64,000 nt of DNA from Antedon mediterranea. Taxonomy: Eukaryota > Animalia > Echinodermata. Positions within the stretch are counted from its first letter, which is position 1. The number at the start of each line of letters is the position of its first letter. Below, in pieces: positions 50,155 through 60,974 of this stretch. The stretch spans positions 26,492,871 to 26,556,870 of the forward strand of contig NC_092676.1 of assembly GCF_964355755.1 (NCBI RefSeq). Reading direction: 5' to 3'. The translations under genes and the position numbers were made by a program. The notes beneath the pieces were generated by a model. It searched no databases. It worked only from the letters and a program-made list of their open reading frames with translations, and was not told the origin of the DNA.

Positions 50155-50883
50155 TTGGGGTAGGGGGTAACATTTTTGCTAATAACTTGGGATTGAGTGA
50201 ACAGATTTACATTTTCTTGGTATCAGAATGTAGTGTATAGACCGCTTAAGCCTAATATATTTTTCTAAATAAATCCAACAAATATTGACAACATTAGAAG
50301 TCAGAAGGTCATTGAACTTTAATAAAAAAATGAATTTTTTTCTAACTTTAACAAAAAAAATACAATAGATATTATGGAAACTGATGTTTTCATAAACATA
50401 TAGACCCAATAAACAAGAAAATTGAAATTAAAGATTAACAAAAAATGAATATGCTATGTATTATGAAGAAATTTGTTGTTTTTAGTAATTTGTAATCATT
50501 TACAATTATGGGGTAGGGGGTAACATTTTTGTGAATAACTTAAAATTTTAACAGATTTGCATTTTTCTGTATGTAGTGTATAGACTGCCTAATTGTAATA
50601 TACCTTTTAAAAAATGAATCCAACATTTATTGACATCTTCAGAGGTCAAACGGTCACTGACCTTTAATAAAAAATGCAATTTCTTCTAAATTAGCTTATA
50701 AATTTCAATTTTAAACACAAAAATACAAGATATCTTATGCAAACTAATGTTTTCTTAAACCTATAGACACAATAAATAAGAAAACTGAATTTAACATTTT
50801 TTCAAAATTGAATATGCTGTGCATTATAAATAAACTTGTTCGTCATTAGTAATCGTTGACAATAATGGGGTAGGGGGTAAACA
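50155..50883. repeat. Two ~355-bp tandem units (probable transposon subterminal repeats)
   Basis: tggggtagggggtaa recurs at ~50156, 50509 and 50866 with homologous intervening sequence. Confidence 0.75.
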
Positions 50884-51068
50884 ATGTCTTGGGAAATTGC
50901 TAGAATCTTCAGATGCGTCTCTGGAGGTACTGTCATTACATACATTCTTTCATGGTGTAAGGTGTATTATGTCTGTGATGATCTTCAACGTTGGGCACAT
51001 CTGTGTCTGTTCCTGTATCAGTTATATTGTACATTTCTTCATGAAGCAATTGTTTATCTAGGAAGTCT

Positions 51069-53689
51069 TTATCTGTTTGATTGATTGAGTTTTGTCAGCC
51101 TATAAATTTCCTTTTTGTCAATAATATTTGTTTTTACTGTGGTACAAAATACATTATACGCTTCAGAATATTTTGTGTCCAGAGAAGTACTTGCTTCATT
51201 GGGCTTACCCAAATACCGAGTAAAGTTCTTATAACAAGTAGGGTGGTATTGCACTTCGATAGCAACACAGTCTTTACCTTGAATTTTAAGAAGTAGTTCA
51301 GTGTTGTTGTTGTCTTTGGCTGCCTGAACTAGATTACGTGCTTCTATTATCATTATCGAACACTTTTTCTTGTTATTCGACAAGTGATGCTTTTGTCTTT
51401 TTTACACAGAATAATAAAGAACACAGATGCTTGGCAATACACAGTGCGACCTGGCTTTGCCTTTACTTTTGAATAAATCTGTGCTTGAACGTAGACATCG
51501 TGTTTTGATTGGTGGTGGTCGAGAAATACCATCATCTGTCTCTTCCATGTAGATAGCAGATTCATTAGTTGATGTTGATGCTAAAGCATACAATAAAAAA
51601 TAGAGATATCACTATAATATCTCTGTACAATAAAATACAATTAATATTTCAAAAATTAATAGAAGTGATAACATTACTAATGATTTGCATGACCATAATA
51701 TACTGTATCTTTTATAAACAATGGGCTTTATATTTGCCAATAGTTCACCACTGTAGCAAAAGTGTACACTTTTTAATAACTGCTTATTATGCTTTAGATT
51801 TTCAGTAATTTAATTATAAGTTATCAAAAGCATAAACATATTTATATACTATGAACAAATGGCCAGGAGTCAAAATAACAAGTATACATTTTTGCAAAAT
51901 TACCATCGGTTTAATTTAAAATCATCTTAAGCGGATTGGCAAGCTAAAACATCTAACAATTTTTTTTTTTAATTGGCCAGGGGTCTACTTAGACCCCATT
52001 TACACTTCATCGACGATTTCTTAGCCGGCCCGAAGTCGGCTTTCTTTTTAGCCCGCAATGTGTTTACACTTACCCAAAAAGCCGGCCTCGGGCCCTTACT
52101 ATTGCGTTTACACTTGCTCTCGCGGAAGAGTGCTCGATGATACGATTTCGCTACATTCACGTCATATCCGCTCATGTGCGTCTTAAAAAGTTAATATTAT
52201 AAGCGTTGTCGATCTACACTAGGCCTAGGCCTATCAACTTTATCAAAAAAGAATCAAATAACGGTATTTAATATGGATCAAAACAATTGTATTATTGCTT
52301 TACTACTAATGTTTGCGTCTCGTTTTCTAAAGAATAGTAGTAGATCATACGCCTTTTTCACGAAACGGAAGACATCTTCGATCGATGATTCTTTACTCCA
52401 TGATCGATGACAACACAAACAATGCCGTTCAACGAAGCGTAACCAACAGAAATAACATAGCGTTTTCAGCCTATTTTCGGAGGACAAGTTACTTAAAAAT
52501 TCGTAACTCCTCAACGGACAGTCATATGGACAAAATTTTTACTGTAAAATGTTCTTTAAAGATTAGCCTATAGAACTGTGTGATTAAAAAAAATTATAAT
52601 TTTTTTTTTCACTTCTTAAGTCCATCGAAAAAAACACCACAGTTTTTAGCATAGGCGCCGCATGGTGTCCTGAAATCCCCTGAAAACGCTATGTCATTTC
52701 TGTTGGTTACGCTTCGTTGCACACGGCATTGTTTGTCATAGATCGTGAAAAAGGCGTATACATCTTCACCAATTTAATTTCAATGAAGAATTTCCGATTC
52801 ATCAGCAATAAGTTTTGTAAACTTAAAGCTATAGTTGACACAGAACGTTCATTTTATGACCGCGAGTGTTTACACTATACGAAGTGCCGGCCCGAAGCCC
52901 GCAATTGCCGGCCCGAAGCCTACTCTAGACTAGGCTCAAAATTGAGCCGGCTCGGTTGTTCCCAGAGTGTTTACACTTGTGCACTTTTGGCTCGGAGCCG
53001 GCCTCGAGCTCGCTAAAAGCTGAAGTGTAAATGGGGTCTTAAAGGAAAGCACTTTTAATATGAAACGTAATAAAATATAACAATCCAAGCTAGGCCTCTC
53101 TCTAGCCTAGGCTGGTATATTACAGACAGTAGTACTAGTAGGCCTAATTAATAGTAATAGTAGCTTAGTTAGGCTAGGCCTATACTACTACTACTAGCCC
53201 ACTACTACTAGTACTGGTGGGGCATGCTATATTATTAATTAATATAGGCTAGCTTAGGCCTAATAATAATATTATAATAATAATTTAATATTTTAATTTT
53301 TATATTTTATCAACTTACCAATGCTAGCTTCAAATTGTACTTTCTTTTGCACTCTCTCAACTCTCTGCTTGTCAGTAAACCTAGAATAACAAACTTGATG
53401 AAAGCCAGCACATATAGGAATTCCACACACAGCAGGCTTACTACTAGTACTAGGCCTAGCCTAGGCCTAGATTGAACCTTGTTCGTCTTGCATGATGGTT
53501 GTTGGCACTCCACTTGCAGGCCTTGACATTTTGCGATGTAATTTCTGCTTGTTTTCCTTCTAAATTTTTCCATTTGGTGACATATTCTAAAAATTTTGGC
53601 CATGTCTTGTCATTAAATTTTACTACTGAAGACTTTTTGCTTGGAAAAATGCACATAAAACATCGCAAATGGTGATCCCCATCTGCCAT
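51069..53689 (-). pseudogene. Degenerate, intron-containing N-terminal fragment of a large DNA-transposon protein (Academ-like)
   Basis: Fragments MADGDHHLRCFMC..., GFHQVCYSRFTDKQRV, LPSIC/LCKKDK (frameshifted) and LVQAAK...LLLKIQGKDCVAIEVQYHPTCYKNFTR. The HxxCYxxF motifs recall AcademX-type proteins; family assignment is from memory. Confidence 0.5.
51992..53038. mobile_element. PIF/Harbinger MITE with TTA TSD, nested in the Academ-like remnant
   Basis: gaccccatttacacttca ... tgaagtgtaaatggggtc, flanked by TTA on both sides. Subterminal gccggcccga repeats. Confidence 0.9.
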
Positions 53690-54189
53690 CTGACATGTAA
53701 GCTGCCATCTTTACTCTGCACTATGCCCAAACAGTGATAATACATCATCTCTGATTGGTCAATACAAGAAGTAACCAAGCAGGTGCTTATACGATGTTTC
53801 TGATTGGCTGTAGTGTACGAGGTTGTAAAAAACTATTTTATCAGTTTTAAAAATGAGATTGTAAACTAATGTCAGGTATATAAAATATACCAAATTGGCT
53901 AGTTGAGAATTCTCAACTATTACCGCAGTACGCCTGTAACGACGAAGCCTACCGGTATAATGGGATAGGCTGATTTCCTTGTTAACTTAAGGGGTCATTT
54001 AATTACTGAATTATGATTGGTAGTAAAGGAAATTTACTGGAATCCTATTGGATGGTAAGGTGGTAGTAGGACCATGTCCATCCCATTGCAGTAATAAAGT
54101 TGAGCCACCTGCGACCATTACAATGTCCTACCATGCTAATGTAGGAGTGGGGAAATGTTATGCTTACTACTGTTTCTTTTAATAATTTA

Positions 54190-56090
54190 GTACAATTAAT
54201 AAGAATAAAGAATACACTTAACAATATACAACAAATAACATTAATGTACGATGTAGTTTAACACTGTTCTCAACTATAGTCATTTTGGTATACTTGAGCA
54301 CATTGATAAAGAATAGGATAAACTTAACAATATACAACAAATAACATTAATGTACGATCCCGTTTAACACTGTTCTCAACTATAGTCATTTTGGTATACT
54401 TGAGAACAGTGATAAAGAATAGGATAAACTTAACAATATACAACAACAATGTAGGCCTACGATCCCGTTTAACACTGTTCTCAACTATAGTCATTTTGGT
54501 ATACTTGAGCACAGTGATAAAGAATAGGATAAACTTAACAATATACAACAAAAAACATTAATGTACGATCCAGTTTAACACTGTTCTCAACTATAGTCAT
54601 TTTGGTATACTTGAGAACAGTTATAAAGAATAGGATAAATTTAACAATATACAACAAAAAACATTAATGTACGATCCCGTTTAACACTGTTCTCAACTAT
54701 AGTCATTTTGGTATACTTGAGCACAGTGATAAAGAATAGGATAAACTTAGCAATATACAACAAAAAACATTAATGTACGATCCAGTTTAACACTGTTCTC
54801 AACTATAGTCATTTTGGTATACTTGAGAACAGTGATAAAGAATAGGATAAACTTAACAATATACAACAACAAACATTAATGTACGATCCCGTTTAACACT
54901 GTTCTCAACTATAGTCATTTTGGTATACTTGAGCACAGTGATAAAGAATAGGATAAACTTAATAATATACAACAAATAACATTAATGTACGATCCAGTTT
55001 ACCACTGTTCTCAACTATAGTCATTTTGGTATACTTGAGCACAGTGATAAAGAATAGGATAAACTTAAAAATATACAACAAAAAACATTAATGTACGATC
55101 CAGTTTAACACTGTTCTCAACTATAGTCATTTTGGTATACTTGAGCACAGTGATAAAGAATAGGATAAACTTAAAAATATACAACAAAAAACATTAATGT
55201 ACGATCCAGTTTAACACTGTTCTCAACTATAGTTATTTTGGTATACTTGAGAACAGTGATAAAGAATAGGATAAACTTAACAATATACAACAAAAAACAT
55301 TAATGTACGATCCAGTTTAACTCTGTTCTCAACTATAGTCATTTTGGTATACTTGAGAACAGTGATAAAGAATAGGATAAACTTAACAATATACAACAAA
55401 AAACATTAATGTACGATCCAGTTTAACACTGTTCTCAACTATAGTTATTTTGGTATACTTGAGAACAGTGATAAAGAATAGGATACACTTAACAATCTAC
55501 AACAAAAAACATTAATGTACGATCCAGTTTAACTCTGTTCTCAACTATAGTCATTTTGGTATACTTGAGAACAGTGATAAAGAATAGGATAAACTTAACA
55601 ATATACAACAAAAAACGTACATTAATGTACGATCCCGTTTAACACTGTTCTCGACTACAGTCATTTTGGTATACTTGAGCACAGTGATAAAGAATAGGAT
55701 AAACTTAACAATATACAACAAAAAACATTAATGTACGATCCCGTTTAACACTGTTCTCAACTATAGTCATTTTGGTATACTTGAGCACAGTGATAAAGAA
55801 TAGGATAAACGTAATAATATACAACAAATAACATTAATGTACGATCCAGTTTACCACTGTTCTCAACTATAGTCATTTTGGTATACTTGAGCACAGTGAT
55901 AAAGAATAGGATAAACTTAACAATATACAACAAAAAACATTAATGTACGATCCCGTTTACCACTGTTCTCAACTATAGTCATTTTGGTATACTTGAGCAC
56001 AATATACAACAAATAACATTAATGTACACGATTCTGTTTAACACTGTTCTCAACTATAGTCATTTTCATATACTTGAGCACAGTGATAAT
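54190..56090 (+). repeat. 106-bp satellite array A (~18 units), each unit with an imperfect hairpin
   Basis: Unit aacactgttctcaactatagtcattttggtatacttgagcacagtgataaagaataggataaacttaacaatatacaacaaaaaacattaatgtacgatccagttt. Confidence 0.97.
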
Positions 56091-56109
56091 ATGAAAAACA
56101 TAATAACAC

Positions 56110-57450
56110 TATAATATTTGTAGATGAATGACGCGGACACGTACATATGTTCATAAGTAATTGATATAAATTGACTTTTAAAAGTGGAATTAACACAAAT
56201 GATTGTAGATAAATATGACGTGAATTGCACGTACATAATGTTGATGAGTAGTATATTTATATAAATCGACTTTGAAAAGTGAAATAACACTAATATTTGT
56301 AGATGAATATGACGTGGACACGTACATATATTGATTAGTATATTGATATAAATCGACTTTTAAAAGTCAAATTAACACTAATATTTGTAGATGAATATGA
56401 CTTGGACACGATTTACATATGTTGATGAGTATATTGATATAAATCGACTTTTAAAAGTGAAATAACACTAATATTTGTAGATGAATATGACGTGGACACG
56501 TACGGTACATAATGTTGATGAGTATATTGATATAAATCGACTTTTAAAAGTGAAATAACACTATTGATTGTAGATGAATATGACGTGGACAAGTACATTT
56601 ATTGATGAGTATATTGATATAAATCGACTTTTAAAAGTGAAATAACACTATTAGTTGTACACTATTGATCATATATGAATATGACGTGAATTGCACGTAC
56701 ATATGTTGATGAGTAGGCCTATATTGATATAATTGACTTCGAAAAGTGAAATAACACTGATTTGTAAATGAATATGACGTGGACAAGTACATTTATTGAT
56801 GAGTATATTGATAAATCGACTTTTAAAAGTGAAATAACACTAATATTTATAGATGAATATGACGTGGACACGTACATATGTTGATGAGTATATTGATATA
56901 AATCGACTTTTAAAAGAGGAATTAACACTATTGATTGTAGACGTGAATTGCACGTACATATGTTGATGAGTGTATTGATATAAATCGACTAAATGTTAAA
57001 TAACACTATCTTGTACAAGTACCCTCACTTGCACTGATGAAGGGCTAGTGTTGCCCGAAAACTCTGCTAACTTTTCTGGCTGTTTTACTTTATCGTTTTG
57101 ATTTAGCTTTTCGCTTCTTTTTTTGTATCTCCATTGAGACCACAGCATTGTTATTATTTCAGTATTTTGCCTTTGGATTTACTAATATTAAAAGTGAAAT
57201 AACACTAATGACTGTAGATGATATGAAATTTATGTTGATGTATATAGTTTTGTATATATAATATGCACACGTACATACGTTGATAGGTATTGATATAAAT
57301 ATATTTTTAAAAGTACGGTAATAGACACTTTATTTGTAGATGAATACGACATGGACAAGTTGCAATAAATTCTATCGTTATATCGTATGTTGATGAGTAT
57401 TGATATAAATCGACTTTTTTAAAGTGGAATAACACTAAAATGTATAGATG
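56110..57450. repeat. ~88-bp satellite (about 10 units plus degenerate copies), interrupted at ~57010-57190
   Basis: Unit gatgaatatgacgtggacacgtacatatgttgatgagtatattgatataaatcgacttttaaaagtgaaataacactaatatttgta. Confidence 0.9.
57029..57070 (+). ncRNA. Minimal type-I hammerhead ribozyme-like motif in a Penelope-like terminal-repeat remnant (~57010-57190)
   Basis: ttgca-CTGATGA-a-gggc(tagtgtt)gccc-GAAA-actc-tgctaa: catalytic core boxes, 4-bp stem II and short stem I. Stem III is degenerate. Confidence 0.6.
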
Positions 57451-57674
57451 GATATGGCCTCAACAAGTATTGTATTAAGCGGTACTGTATATTGATAGAC
57501 TTCATACCTGTAATGTCAATGAAATCTGGCAACAAGAATTGTGTTTGATCCTCCTAATAGTATTCTAATAATCTTGGTTTGTAAAGGAGGCATGACAAAT
57601 CTAAACGCATAGCCAGGGGAGGGGTTGGAGTTTCGAACAAACTTCCCTGTGCCCGTCCTACGGTTTTTGTGAAC

Positions 57675-57790
57675 TTTTTAGTAGCGTGCAAACGCGACTC
57701 TACAGCTCACTATGTCGATCGGTCGGTCGGTAAACACCAACTCAAATTTGAGCACGCGACTGCAGCCATGTATAGGCCTATGGCCTGTTT
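57675..57790 (+). mobile_element. DINE-1/HINE-like short element
   Basis: tttttagtagcgtgcaaacgcgactc...gtcggtcggtcgg...cacgcgact; homologous to 32514-32622. Confidence 0.55.
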
Positions 57791-57859
57791 ATACTAGAAA
57801 TCAGCAGTGAAAGTATATGTAAATAATATGTGTTAATATAGAATTAGTTTTTTTTATTT

Positions 57860-60185
57860 AATAAATAGTATTAAAGTTGATCTTATTCTTTATCTGTGAT
57901 TAATTATACTCAAATGACTATAGTTTAAAACAGTATTAAACGGCATCTTACATTAATGTCATTTGCTGTTTATTCGAAGTTTATCCTATTCTTTATCACT
58001 GTGCTCAAATATACCAAAATGACTATAGTTGAGAACAGTGTTAAACTGGATCGTACATTAATGTTATTTGTTGTATATTGTTAAGTTTATCCTATTCTTT
58101 ATCACTGTGCTCAAGTATACCAAAATGACTATAGTTGAGAACAGTGTTAAACTGGATCGTACATTAATGTTTTTTGTTGTATATTGTTAAGTTTATCCTA
58201 TTCTTTATCACTGTTCTCAAGTATACCAAAATGACTATAGTTGAGAACAGTGGTCAACTGGATCGTACATTAATGTTTTTTGTTGTATATTTTTAAGTTT
58301 ATCCTATTCTTTATCACTGTGCTCAAGTATACCAAAATGACTATAGTTGAGAACAGTATTAAACTGGATCGTACATTAATGTTTTTTGTTGTATATTTTT
58401 AAGTTTATCCTATTCTTTATCACTGTGCTCAAGTATACCAAAATGACTATAGTTGAGAACAGTGGTAAACTGGATCGTACATTAATGTTATTTGTTGTAT
58501 ATTATTAAGTTTATCCTATTCTTTATCACTGTGCTCAAGTATACCAAAATGACTGTAGTTGAGAACAGTGTTAAACTGGATCGTACATTAATGTTATTTG
58601 TTGTATAATGGTTAGTTTATCCTATTCTTTATCACTGTTCTCAAGTATACCAAAATGACTGTAGTTGAGAACAGTGTTAAACGGGATCGTACATTAATGT
58701 TATTTGTTGTATATTGTTAAGTTTATCCTATTCTTTATCACTGTGCTCAAGTATTATACCAAAATGACTATAGTTGAGAACAGTGTTAAACGGGATCATA
58801 CATTAATGCTATTTGTTGTATATTATTAAGTTTATCCTATTCTTTATCACTGTGCTCAAGTATACCAAAATGACTATAGTCGAGAACAGTGTTAAACAGG
58901 ATCATACATTAATGTTATTTGTTGTATATTGTTAAGTTTATCCTATTCTTTATCACTGTGCTCAAGTATACCAAAATGACTATAGTCGAGAACAGTGTTA
59001 AACGGGATCATACATTAATGCTATTTGTTGTATATTATTAAGTTTATCCTATTCTTTATCACTGTGCTCAAGTATACCAAAATGACTATAGTCGAGAACA
59101 GTGTTAAACAGGATCATACATTAATGTTATTTGTTGTATATTGTTAAGTTTATCCTATTCTTTATCACTGTGCTCAAGTATACCAAAATGACTATAGTCG
59201 AGAACAGTGTTAAACGGGATCATACATTAATGTTATTTGTTGTATATTATTAAGTTTATCCTATTCTTTATCACTGTGCTTAACTATAGCAAAATGACTA
59301 TAGTCGAGAACAGTGTTAAACGGGATCGTACATTAATGCTATTTGTTGTATATTATTAAGTTTATCCTATTCTTTATCACTGTGCTCAAGTATACCAAAA
59401 TGACTATAGTCGAGAACAGTGTTAAACGGGATCATACCTTTATGCTATTTGTTGTATATTATTAAGTTTATCCTATTCTTTATCACTGTGCTTAAGTATA
59501 CCAAAATGACTATAGTTGAGAACAGTGTTAAACTGGATCGTACATTAATGTTATTTGTTGTATATTATTAAGTTTATCCTATTCTTTATCACTGTGCTCA
59601 AGTATACCAAAATGACTATAGTTGAGAACAGTGTTAAACTGGATCGTACATTAATGCTATTTGTTGTATATTATTAAGTTTATCCTATTCTTTATCACTG
59701 TGCTCAAGTATACCAAAATGATTATAGTTGAGAACAGTGTTAAACGGGATCGTACATTAATGTTATATGTTGTATATTGTTAAGTTTATCCTATTCTTTA
59801 TCACTGTGCTCAAGTATACCAAAATGACTATAGTTGAGAACAGTGTTAAACTACATCGTACATTAATGTTATTTGTTGTATATTGTTAAGTTTATCCTAT
59901 TCTTTATCACTGTGCTCAAGTATACCAAAATGACTATAGTTGAGAACAGTGTTAAACGGGATCATACATTAATGTTATTTGTTGTATAATGTTAATTTTA
60001 TCCTATTCTTTATCACTGTTCTCAAGTATACCAAAATGACTATAGTTGAGAACAGTGTTAAACTGGATCGTACATTAATGTTTTTTGTTGTATATTGTTA
60101 AGTTTATCCTATTCTTTATCACTGTGCTCAAGTATACCAAAATGACTATAGTTGAGAACAGTGTTAAACGGGATCGTACATTAAT
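57860..60185 (-). repeat. 106-bp satellite array A', inverted relative to 54190-56090 (~21 units)
   Basis: Units are reverse complements of the array A unit. Confidence 0.97.
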
Positions 60186-60974
60186 TTTATCCTTTGCTTT
60201 ACTGTGCTTTGATTTGATAAGCAAGTTTGGTTGCCCCGCCCCCATATGCTGCCTACTAAATTAGGATTCCCTAGCTTTTCTATAAAAATTGAAGTACCCA
60301 CAATGCACGTTATACGGAAGTCATAGTCTTGTAAAATACAGACACAATAGTTTTTATCGTATTGTTTTCATTTAAATATCACTAAGATTGTCTTAAACTA
60401 CAAACAACTAAAATTAGTGAAGGTATGCAAGTGTTTCTAAATATTTATTACTGGTAGTATTAATACAATTTGGATTATATCATTTTCCAGAAAGGTAGAA
60501 AAAAACATAAAATAGTTGAGAATTCTCAACTAGCCAGGATGGTATAGGAAATATAGCTCCTAATGTGCAAGCAATATGTTGAGCTATATATTCAATACCA
60601 AATTGGCGAGTAAATCATGTTTTACTTTAAATTAAATTTATACGCTCTTCCACAAGGTCAATTGTTAGTTATACATACAGACTATATTAAAACAATGATT
60701 TTGAACACGTAGGGCATTTCTTTGAATTCTTTCCTATTGTCGTTTTGTGGTAATTTACAGCTTTTTATATGTTTAACAAACGTACATAATCAATTGCGTC
60801 TGCATCATGCTAGACTACAACTTCCGGTAGTGACGTAATCAGCATATTTTTGGTAATAAAACTTTTTCACTAAGCTAGGGAATCTTCTGATATCAATATT
60901 CATTAGACCGTACTTTAGTTAGCCAATCAAAATAAACGTATAAACAATTTTGCGGCGATGTTGTTGAAGTAAAA

